A stretch of DNA of 64,000 nt, taken from the NCBI GenBank assembly GCA_913040915.1, contig CAJWHW010000005.1:1-64000 (forward strand), read 5' to 3'. The notes under the pieces were generated by a model. The model ran no database searches, was not told where the DNA came from, and saw only the letters and a program-made list of their open reading frames with translations. The position numbers were made by a program, and so were the translations under genes. Below, one piece after another: positions 1 through 8,285 of this stretch; the stretch's first letter is position 1, and every line of letters starts with the position of its first letter. The DNA comes from an uncultured Fidelibacterota bacterium. Lineage in GTDB: Bacteria; Fidelibacterota; Marinisomatia; Marinisomatales; UBA1611.

Positions 1-383
1 TATTGAGCAGTAAGATAAGCGATCATAGATGCAAAAACTGCTGGGCCATATAAACCAAATACTGTACGAAACGTTTCATCTTTTACAGGAGACCAATCTG
101 TACTGTTTACAGCATCTGCAATTAGTACTATTCCCATGACAAATACGCTAGAAACCAATCCAGCAATCACAACCTGGTCTGCCTTTTTCTTACCATATAA
201 TTCAGAAATTAAATCTGTTGCCAAAAAAGTAATTGGGTATGGTAAAATCCCAACAGAAATTTCAAATGTATAAATTCCAAAGGGTGTCCATGTGAAAAAT
301 TTCTGAAATATCAAATTGCAGCTGACTAGAGATGCAATAAAAATTCCTGCAAGGATTAAATAGAATCGATCTTTAAAATTCAT
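1..383 (-). CDS. yhhQ: Queuosine precursor transporter (YhhQ/VUT family), truncated by window edge
   Basis: Not in ORF track. Manual translation from ATG at 383 (ATGA overlap with the queD-like stop): MNFKDRFYLILAGIFIASLVSCNLIFQKF...SVGILPYPITFLATDLISELYGKKKA..., matching the VUT family pattern G...YP..F..TD...E.YG; adjacent to a queD-like gene. Confidence 0.8.
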   Translation of the reverse strand, partial: MNFKDRFYLILAGIFIASLVSCNLIFQKFFTWTPFGIYTFEISVGILPYPITFLATDLISELYGKKKADQVVIAGLVSSVFVMGIVLIADAVNSTDWSPVKDETFRTVFGLYGPAVFASMIAYLTAQ

Positions 384-796
384 TCAGCACTTGGACCAAA
401 ATAATCGGTATAAATGGAATGTGTTTCTACCAGTCTTAGACGCTGTAATTCTCCTTGGGGGATACGCGGAGCGATTTCTTCCCAAGCCCAAACTAAAATA
501 TTTTCTGATGAAGGCTGTTTCCCTTGAAACCATGGGATATCTTCTTCTATTTGAGAATGATCTAAAACATTCACTACGCGCTTTTTAACTATTTGTCCCA
601 TTGCTTTTAAATCAACCAGCCAGCCAGAATCCTGATTTATTGGACCAGTAACTGAAACTTCCAGCACATAATTATGTCCATGGTTATTATAATCTTTTCC
701 AAAAACTTCCAAGTTTTTTTCATCTGACCAATCAGAATTTCCATATTTATGAGAAGCGCAAAAATGATATTTCTTTGTTATTATAGGATATGACAT
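380..796 (-). CDS. queD: 6-pyruvoyl-tetrahydropterin synthase / QueD family (T-fold)
   Basis: F.ASH, HGHNY, LDH, P(S)SEN and ET motifs; ATG at 796 preferred over TTG at 811; the expected catalytic Cys position is Asp. Confidence 0.8.
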   Translation of the reverse strand: MSYPIITKKYHFCASHKYGNSDWSDEKNLEVFGKDYNNHGHNYVLEVSVTGPINQDSGWLVDLKAMGQIVKKRVVNVLDHSQIEEDIPWFQGKQPSSENILVWAWEEIAPRIPQGELQRLRLVETHSIYTDYFGPSAE

Positions 797-861
797 ATTT
801 GTATGTTGCAATTAAAACTAGATAGTAAAATTACCGCCTAACATTGGAGCAGACAAAAGGA

Positions 862-1506
862 TTACAACTTGGCTGATGGGCATAAATCTAGCAATATACA
901 TTGATCACATTGCGGGCGACGAGCAATACAAACTGTTCTGCCGTGATCAATGATCATATGAGTCAATTTTACCCAATCATCTTTTTTAAAAATATCCATC
1001 ATCTCTAATTCAATTCTTTTTGGATCCTTTATTTTTGTAAAGCCTAATAAGCCCATGATTCGTACCATATGCGTATCAATAACCATGGATGGTACATTAT
1101 AGATTTCTCCTAATACACAATTAGCAGTCTTTCTACCTACACCTGGCAGTTTTACCAAATCTTCCATAGTATTAGGTACAGTTCCTTCATATTCTTCCAC
1201 TATTTTTAGACTAGCACCCTGCAAACTAAGTGCTTTCTGATTATGGTATCCGCATGAGTGAATATCTTTAGCTAATTCATTAATATTTGAATATGCGAAG
1301 TCTTCTGAAGTTTTGTATTTTTTAAATAATCGCTTAGTTACCAAATTCACTCTATGGTCAGTACACTGTGCGGATAAAATGGTAGCCATTAATAATTCAT
1401 GTGCTGATGAATAATTAAGAGAACATTTTGAATCAGGATATGCTTCTTTAAGCCGTGCAACAATATTTACAGCACGAGATTGTTTTTTTGATTTAGACTC
1501 TATCAA
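862..1506 (-). CDS. nth: Endonuclease III
   Basis: LSAQCTD, HhH motif LPGVGRKTAN, IDTH, C-terminal Fe-S motif C-x6-C-x2-C-x5-C. Confidence 0.95.
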   Translation of the reverse strand: MIESKSKKQSRAVNIVARLKEAYPDSKCSLNYSSAHELLMATILSAQCTDHRVNLVTKRLFKKYKTSEDFAYSNINELAKDIHSCGYHNQKALSLQGASLKIVEEYEGTVPNTMEDLVKLPGVGRKTANCVLGEIYNVPSMVIDTHMVRIMGLLGFTKIKDPKRIELEMMDIFKKDDWVKLTHMIIDHGRTVCIARRPQCDQCILLDLCPSAKL

Positions 1507-1847
1507 CTAATTAATTCATTAATCAGAGTTGGAAGTGTTTTTACCAGACTAGCGCGTGGAATAATTATATCACAGCCAGCAGAACGAAGTTTGGACTGAT
1601 CGTGGTTATTTATTTTTTTCATCGTCCCTACCACATTGATCCCTTTTCTTTTTAATTCAGCCACAAGCCCTACAGAAGAAAATATTTTTTCATCCATATC
1701 AACTACAGCCAGTTTGACTGATTTGGCGAAAGAGTCTGGATCAGTATTTTCATCCGAAAATTCCACCTGTCTATCATAGTCTATACAAGCTTCGGATAAT
1801 TTTGATCCTAATTCAAAGTCCTTAATAAATAATAAGATGTCTGCCAT
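1503..1847 (-). CDS. Hypothetical protein, degenerate single-domain receiver-like fold
   Basis: AVVDMD and LRSAGCDIIIPR resemble receiver beta3 and beta5 segments; ATG at 1847 directly follows the upstream stop. Confidence 0.5.
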   Translation of the reverse strand: MADILLFIKDFELGSKLSEACIDYDRQVEFSDENTDPDSFAKSVKLAVVDMDEKIFSSVGLVAELKRKGINVVGTMKKINNHDQSKLRSAGCDIIIPRASLVKTLPTLINELIS

Positions 1848-1849
1848 AC

Positions 1850-2215
1850 TTACTCCAGGGTTGGTACTACATCCCAATCAAATTCTTCTGGATGATTAAG
1901 ACTGTCATATGTAAGTCGAACCATTTCCATTTGGTTTAATAAAATTTTCACATTGATTCCCCTGTGCACTCCATCAAAAAGTTGAAATTTTTCTTTTGCT
2001 TTTCGGAGTAAATTTTTAGCTCCTGTTATATTTCCGTTTCCCAGGTGAACAAAACTAACCGATAACTGAATCAGCCCTTGAATAAATTTCCTATCTTCAT
2101 TATAATAATCCGACCAAAGATCTTCCCACACTTCATGAGCTTCAAAATAGTCCATGCTTTTGAATTGACGAATACCTTCTAAATATAATGATTCTTTTTT
2201 ATTATCATTATTCAC
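1850..2215 (-). CDS. DUF309 domain protein
   Basis: F...YFEAHEVWEDLW...QGLIQ..V..VH...GN..GA signature. Confidence 0.85.
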   Translation of the reverse strand: MNNDNKKESLYLEGIRQFKSMDYFEAHEVWEDLWSDYYNEDRKFIQGLIQLSVSFVHLGNGNITGAKNLLRKAKEKFQLFDGVHRGINVKILLNQMEMVRLTYDSLNHPEEFDWDVVPTLE

Positions 2216-3056
2216 TAATGGTTATTGCTTCCTTTAATTTAAAGTGTTTTCCATCCAAATGAATAGTACAGGCTTGTATATGGGGGTCATGCTCAAAAAA
2301 GAGAAACCAATTTTCATCTACCATTTTAATTAGCAAATTCTCTTTTTCTTTCACCGTTACAGCTGGCTGGATATCATAGGCCATGACCCAAGGTACAGGA
2401 ATATGAGCTGCCATTGGAATTATATCTGCACCATAAAAGATAGATTGGTTCCCGTCCGTAATAACTGGATGTAAAAGACCTGTTGTATGGCCATACGTTA
2501 AATAGGTTTCAATTCCTGTAATAAATGATTCTCTACCATCCACAATTTGAATCATACCATTTTCTGCTAATACTTTCCAATCAATCTCCATAAAACTACC
2601 TGCATCCTTTTGACTTGGATGGTTAGCTAGTTCCCAATTTTCTTTTGATACCCAGTATGTTGCATTGGGAAATGTAGGAACAATTTTCCCTTCATTAACT
2701 TTTGTATTTCCTCCTACATGGTCAAAATGCAGATGAGTACATATTACATCAGTTATCTCTTCAACTAGAAATCCATATCTGGCCAAAGAAATCTCTATAC
2801 TAAATCGACTTGTATCTATATTATAGATCTTTTTGAATTTTTCTTCCCATTTATTCCCATTACCAGTGTCAATTAGTATTTTTTTTTCATCACTAACAAG
2901 AAGTAGGGACCTAGTTACCATATTTATGCGATTCATATAATCGGATGGTGCCTGTTTTTCCCAAAGTGGCTTTGGTATGATGCCAAACATGGCACCACCG
3001 TCTAATCTAAATTCAGACGTCTCAATGCTATATAGTTTATATGGACCGATTTTCAT
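2208..3056 (-). CDS. MBL-fold metallo-hydrolase (YtnP-like)
   Basis: LDGGAMFG, THLHFDHVGG (HxHxDH), GHT, MAYD, FFEHDP. Confidence 0.9.
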   Translation of the reverse strand: MKIGPYKLYSIETSEFRLDGGAMFGIIPKPLWEKQAPSDYMNRINMVTRSLLLVSDEKKILIDTGNGNKWEEKFKKIYNIDTSRFSIEISLARYGFLVEEITDVICTHLHFDHVGGNTKVNEGKIVPTFPNATYWVSKENWELANHPSQKDAGSFMEIDWKVLAENGMIQIVDGRESFITGIETYLTYGHTTGLLHPVITDGNQSIFYGADIIPMAAHIPVPWVMAYDIQPAVTVKEKENLLIKMVDENWFLFFEHDPHIQACTIHLDGKHFKLKEAITISE

Positions 3057-4024
3057 AAACTGGCATTTAATCTTGTGATTAAAATATTATTTTGTTCAGC
3101 TGAAATAAGTCTAGATAAGGCTCTGACTGCTTCTAAAGTTACAACCTCTTGTGCTTTGACGGATTTTGAAATATCTGAAGTAATTATTTTTTCGGCTGCT
3201 TCTATAAATTTTTTGGGATTATCAAATTTTAACCAGTTGAAATCATTTTCTTCGATTCTATGGTAAATCTTATTAGCTTGGCTTAGTCCATAACTTAATT
3301 CTCTTCTGTAACTTCGAATTCGAACATAATCTCCATTCCAAAGACGCATTAAAGCAGAAAACCAGATTAAGTCTCCTGTTTTGATCATAATATCTAATAC
3401 ATTTTCCGGGTTTATACTTTCTGGTGGATGAGGCTCCGGGAGACCTTTATTTACAAGCCAGTTAAAAATACAAAAAGTATAAGCCCAATTATCTTCCTTA
3501 ATTTCCTGAAATTGGTAAGCACGGAGAATATGGAAAATAAATAATGTATTCCTTCTTGAATCCTGTAGAGCTAATTCACATAGTAAATCCAATACACCAC
3601 GTGAACGATCAGATGCTAAAAATATTTTAGCTGTATATATTTTTGCAGATTCCCAATCTCCTAGTTGGCAAGCTTCCTCCAAATCTCCCAAGAACGCTGT
3701 AGCTCCAATTCCATCTTTTGCTACATTATCCAAAATATTTGAACTATTATCAAAGTATTCATAATCGCCTAAATAATCTATTGCGAATTCGATCAATCGA
3801 AGTGACGGTTTTTTTCTATTATCACCAATAATATTCTTAATTGAATTCATGACACAGACAGGGTGTATAACCGTATTCTGTTTCGGTTTTATACTAGCGG
3901 ATACATATAGGAGGTCATTTAATGTAGGTACAAGAATTTCATGAAGATCATTGGATTGAAGAAATTCTTTAATAAGTTGTGAATCTTTTTTAAGCAAATA
4001 AGACCGAAAGGGATAATCAGTCAT
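3053..4024 (-). CDS. Hypothetical protein (predicted helical)
   Basis: 323-aa ORF overlapping the downstream gene by 4 bp; no family recognised. Confidence 0.6.
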   Translation of the reverse strand: MTDYPFRSYLLKKDSQLIKEFLQSNDLHEILVPTLNDLLYVSASIKPKQNTVIHPVCVMNSIKNIIGDNRKKPSLRLIEFAIDYLGDYEYFDNSSNILDNVAKDGIGATAFLGDLEEACQLGDWESAKIYTAKIFLASDRSRGVLDLLCELALQDSRRNTLFIFHILRAYQFQEIKEDNWAYTFCIFNWLVNKGLPEPHPPESINPENVLDIMIKTGDLIWFSALMRLWNGDYVRIRSYRRELSYGLSQANKIYHRIEENDFNWLKFDNPKKFIEAAEKIITSDISKSVKAQEVVTLEAVRALSRLISAEQNNILITRLNASL

Positions 4025-4034
4025 AGTTTATATT

Positions 4035-4733
4035 TTATTTTTTCTTTTTTTTTGTGGGCCCTAAATACATAAATAGTTGGAAGGATAAACCAGTGGAACG
4101 GGAATATTCTGATGGGAGGCCTTCAAACCTATGCGGGTATTCTTTGTAATTTGAGCCATATTTATTAATGTTAGTTGTATCGCTGGGATCCCAGGCAAGA
4201 AGTACTTTTGAAAAGGGCATAGATCTGAAATCATGAAAATATCCAAATTCTACAGCCCACTTTGTACTAAAGCGACGACCATAAAGCATACCGAATCTAA
4301 TACTTTCGCCTCCGGAAACACCTTCTGGAATATACATTAATCGATAACCTTTCCATGCTACACCAAAAGGGTTTTTAAGATTAATACGCTTATCACCTTT
4401 GAATTTATAGTAAGTGGCATCGAAACTAGAATTAGGAGCTAAATTGTATGAAATATTAATTACGTCCCATTTACGGTCTCTTTTATATAATACCCGATTT
4501 AAATCAATACCACTCCCAGAGAATGGTATCCCTGCTCTTAATCCCAGGTCTGTATATCTTCCCAATCCATGCCGCCACCAAATAACAGGAATCAAATTTT
4601 CAGCAGCAAAAGTAAACCCCATATTTGTTTCCCCTTTTTTCGGCATTTGAGGGAAAACCGGTGGGTGCGAAGCGCAGCTAGCACAAAATAAAATAATTGC
4701 CAGGTAAAGAAGGGATAGATTCCTTTTCAACAT
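4035..4733 (-). CDS. Hypothetical lipoprotein, possibly outer-membrane beta-strand rich
   Basis: Signal peptide with lipobox-like FCASC; Gly/aromatic alternating strands; C-terminal Lys run. Confidence 0.6.
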   Translation of the reverse strand: MLKRNLSLLYLAIILFCASCASHPPVFPQMPKKGETNMGFTFAAENLIPVIWWRHGLGRYTDLGLRAGIPFSGSGIDLNRVLYKRDRKWDVINISYNLAPNSSFDATYYKFKGDKRINLKNPFGVAWKGYRLMYIPEGVSGGESIRFGMLYGRRFSTKWAVEFGYFHDFRSMPFSKVLLAWDPSDTTNINKYGSNYKEYPHRFEGLPSEYSRSTGLSFQLFMYLGPTKKKKK

Positions 4734-4788
4734 ATCAACAGGGAAAATACAGATTTCTCTGTAGAGAATAAAATGGAAAAGGTAGCTC

Positions 4789-6558
4789 TTATTTCAAATA
4801 AATCATTTTCCGACTGAATGTTGTTGGAGCATGATTATCAACCTGTGTCTGAATCGTAAAAAAGTATATACCTGTAGATTTTCCTTCACCATTCCAGTTA
4901 TAATTATATGTTCCTGAAGAGATAAATTCACCTTCTAAAAATTTGGCATGAATACGCCCCGTCGCATCAGTTATATATAGTGAAACATAAGCATCCTCCA
5001 ATAAATCAAAAGTAATTCGGGTTGTACCATTGAAGGGATTCGGATAGTTTTGATAAAGAACGAATAATTCAGGTAATAAATCCGGTTTAAAAGATTCTTT
5101 AATCGACTCATTAGATATGCCCAAAGTCGTTGTCTCAGTATAATACCATGGACCTCCATCGGGCAAACGACTAATAGCAAAGGGCAATGAATCTAAAACG
5201 ATGTATTCAATAGGAGTAAACTCTTCTATAATAGCTTTTTTAAAAGAAAGGACTACGGGGAAGTTAATTTCGTCTTGAAGTATAATTGTGGAGTCCTGAT
5301 AATAAGGTTCATATCCGAGATTAGTTTGAATTTCCCAAATAATTTTATCTTTCATGAATATTGAGTAATGATCCTCAATATCAGGGTTACCTGCTATTTC
5401 CACTTGGATCGTTTTTAAATAAGGGTTCCATATTAATTCATTAAGCCAAAGTGAAGATTCCAACCGTCCAACATTGATAATTGTTTCTTTATCTGCCGGA
5501 ATAAAATCACCATCTAAAGTAAAACTTATGGAATCATCAAAATTAATGGGACAGGATTGAATAAAAATATCATCCATCATCAAATCAACTGATTGCCAAT
5601 GATCAGGTACAATTAATTTTATTCTTTGACCATTTTCAATAAAGAATTCTCCTAAGTTCACATATTCTTCATCAGCTAATAAAAAAATTTCTGATGATGC
5701 AAGCTGTTCGGGTTTAAAAATTTGCAAAGTTAATTCTTTTTGATATTCCTTTGTAATTCTATATCGAACTATACGAATGGGAGCTGTCATTTCTAATCTT
5801 TCCAGAGCCTGTGAGTGCCCTTTTATTAACTGTTTCCAAAGGCTCTGGATTTCAAAAATTGAATTTTCGACTTCGAAAAACCATGATTCGGGCTTTATTA
5901 ATAAATAATTACGGTAGAGAGTCTCTTTAAGTAATAATTCATCTAAAAGAAAAGAGCTAAGAAAACAATCATTTAGTATTTGAAGGGCAGGTTCAATTGA
6001 TTTTAAATGTTTAATTGAAAAGTCCTCAAGCCACATTCTTTCAACTGGTTTGTCTATGTTAATCAAACCAAGAATGGATTCATACTCAAGATACTTATCA
6101 TGTTCTTTTGCTTTGTTTAAAATATGTGATAATACTAAATCCTTTATAGAAAATATTTGTTTAGTATAAGCAGTAGAATCTTCTATAGATAAACAAGTCC
6201 CAAAATCCGAAGTAACCGTATCACTAGTAAATATTTTTCCAAATCTATCTTTTAATTTTATTTGGTAAAAATATCGGAGATTTTGTTTACAGCCATCATG
6301 CAAATAATAGGATTGTTCTGCTGGCAATTCTGTTAATATTTGAAAGTCATCGCTGCCGGATTCACGGACAAAAATTTGAATATTATTTCCTAGAATTGTA
6401 TCTGGATAATTCCAGTGAATTAATAATGTACCTTCACCATCATATACAGAAACATCGATGGGGAATAAATGTGTTCTATCAATATAAGGCTCACTTGCTT
6501 CTAAAAAACTGAAAACAAGAATAGCTTTAAGCGTGATGAATTTTAGTTTTCGTTTCAT
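4789..6558 (-). CDS. Secreted protein with N-terminal FN3-like segment and T9SS type-A-like C-terminal sorting domain
   Basis: Signal peptide; C-terminus LYQNYPNPFNGTTRITFDL...WNG...TGIYF...KMIYLK. Confidence 0.75.
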   Translation of the reverse strand: MKRKLKFITLKAILVFSFLEASEPYIDRTHLFPIDVSVYDGEGTLLIHWNYPDTILGNNIQIFVRESGSDDFQILTELPAEQSYYLHDGCKQNLRYFYQIKLKDRFGKIFTSDTVTSDFGTCLSIEDSTAYTKQIFSIKDLVLSHILNKAKEHDKYLEYESILGLINIDKPVERMWLEDFSIKHLKSIEPALQILNDCFLSSFLLDELLLKETLYRNYLLIKPESWFFEVENSIFEIQSLWKQLIKGHSQALERLEMTAPIRIVRYRITKEYQKELTLQIFKPEQLASSEIFLLADEEYVNLGEFFIENGQRIKLIVPDHWQSVDLMMDDIFIQSCPINFDDSISFTLDGDFIPADKETIINVGRLESSLWLNELIWNPYLKTIQVEIAGNPDIEDHYSIFMKDKIIWEIQTNLGYEPYYQDSTIILQDEINFPVVLSFKKAIIEEFTPIEYIVLDSLPFAISRLPDGGPWYYTETTTLGISNESIKESFKPDLLPELFVLYQNYPNPFNGTTRITFDLLEDAYVSLYITDATGRIHAKFLEGEFISSGTYNYNWNGEGKSTGIYFFTIQTQVDNHAPTTFSRKMIYLK

Positions 6559-6635
6559 TTAAAAATCTCTCAGGCGAGATGCAATTTCGGAGAATTATCA
6601 AATGGAGGCAAGTATTTCCTCCAAACTAAATGGAG

Positions 6636-8285
6636 TTATTTAAGGTAAGTTATTTTTTTGAAATTAGATCTACCATTCATATGCGATTTGACCAGAAAAA
6701 TTCCAGATGCTTGATGATCTGGGACCCAAATTAATTTTTCTGTCTTTCTAAAAAGTATACCTTCATACAGGGTCACAACCCTTTTACCATTTAATGAATA
6801 AATTTGGACTTTTAAATGTGAGCCAGGATCACCATATACCTGAACTGTAATGGCTGGATTAAAAGGATTTGGATAAGCTGTCAACATATGAAATTCAGAA
6901 GGTATTATATTCCCATCTTCCACATTTGCTGTTATGTTATATTCTATGGCAGCTGCAGCATCCATAATTCCATATCCATATTCATTATCTGGAATTTCAG
7001 AACGGGATGATGTCATCAATACAGCTTCTCTTAACTGCATAGCTGTCCAATCCGGCTGTGCTTGTCGAACCAATGCGACTGCTCCAGCGACTAAAGGGCA
7101 TGCCAATGATGTACCACTTAAATTAGTATATGCAGATGTACTGTTAGGACTAATACATGAAGTGGAAACACCTCGAGCACAAACTTCCGGTTTTATTCTT
7201 CCGTCAAAGGTTGGGCCATGAGAACTGAAGCTGGCAATTTGCCCGTTTTCCCGTACTGCTCCAACTGCAATAACAGAATCCGCATCTGCAGGAGCGATAA
7301 TATAATTCCAATCATCATTACCTTCATTGCCTGCCGCTGTAACACAGATCAAACCTAGTCCTGCAGCAATATCAATTGCATTTGTGGTTACAGCTGTATT
7401 CCCATCCATATCCCCATAAGTATACCAATCTAAATACCCTAAACTTGTAGAAACAATATCTGCACCATTTGCTTCACCCCATTCTAAACCTGCGACATAA
7501 TTATCTTCTTCAAGTTGAACTTCCTGAGTTACATCTTCCGTTTTGGCTAAAAGAAATTCTGCATCAAATGCTACACCAATTAAATCTCCCGGTGCATTAG
7601 CTGCAATTGTTGATAAAACCGCAGTCCCATGGTAGTCTTGATTTTGATCTATCTCAGTAGATGTCTCATTCGCTGTCTCATTATCATCATTGATCACATC
7701 CCACTGAGAAATCACATTAATATTTTCCAAAGCAGTATGAGTCAGATTAAATCCTGTATCCATAACTAATATACGAACACCTACCCCAGTATAACCTGCA
7801 TTATGCAACTCATGGACATTTATTTGTTCAATCTGTGATTGGGCGTATCCATAATCTAACTCACGAAAATTATTATTTATCTGTTTGGAATGTTCATAAC
7901 TTAGCTTCTTGTATCCAATCACTGGCTCAATTTTTTTTACAAATGGCATTGCTATAATTTTTTTAAAATCAGTTTTTTCGCATAAGACGGATATAGCATT
8001 AAGCCATCTACTCTCATTTTCAATTTTGAGTCCTAGTCTTAAAATTTCTTCTTTATAGGCAGATGTTAGATTTAAATCGTACCAGAGATTCATCGATTGA
8101 ACTCCACTAATAGCCCTACGATGAAATGATTTTGCAGATATTTGAGTCATTTCAGATTCGGACTTATCCTTGAAGTATATCCAAATACGATAAACATCTC
8201 CACGGACTCCTAATCCAATTTTATCATAGTCTACTTTTTCTGAAAAAACTAAAGTTATTGATAAACAAAAGAGTAATATTTTCAT
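6636..8285 (-). CDS. S8 subtilisin-family serine peptidase with C-terminal sorting domain
   Basis: Triad motifs VMDTG, HGTAV, SGTSLACP; AAGNEG oxyanion motif; YPNPFNP...KITYLK tail. Confidence 0.92.
   Translation of the reverse strand: MKILLFCLSITLVFSEKVDYDKIGLGVRGDVYRIWIYFKDKSESEMTQISAKSFHRRAISGVQSMNLWYDLNLTSAYKEEILRLGLKIENESRWLNAISVLCEKTDFKKIIAMPFVKKIEPVIGYKKLSYEHSKQINNNFRELDYGYAQSQIEQINVHELHNAGYTGVGVRILVMDTGFNLTHTALENINVISQWDVINDDNETANETSTEIDQNQDYHGTAVLSTIAANAPGDLIGVAFDAEFLLAKTEDVTQEVQLEEDNYVAGLEWGEANGADIVSTSLGYLDWYTYGDMDGNTAVTTNAIDIAAGLGLICVTAAGNEGNDDWNYIIAPADADSVIAVGAVRENGQIASFSSHGPTFDGRIKPEVCARGVSTSCISPNSTSAYTNLSGTSLACPLVAGAVALVRQAQPDWTAMQLREAVLMTSSRSEIPDNEYGYGIMDAAAAIEYNITANVEDGNIIPSEFHMLTAYPNPFNPAITVQVYGDPGSHLKVQIYSLNGKRVVTLYEGILFRKTEKLIWVPDHQASGIFLVKSHMNGRSNFKKITYLK

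Noticed and set aside
797..861. Possible preQ1 riboswitch upstream of queD/yhhQ
   Set aside because: No preQ1-I stem-loop with a 3' A-rich tail can be seen on the minus strand
6604..6622. Hairpin GGAGG...CCTCC between the S8 gene and the next gene
   Set aside because: Short stem without a good U tract; insufficient for a terminator call
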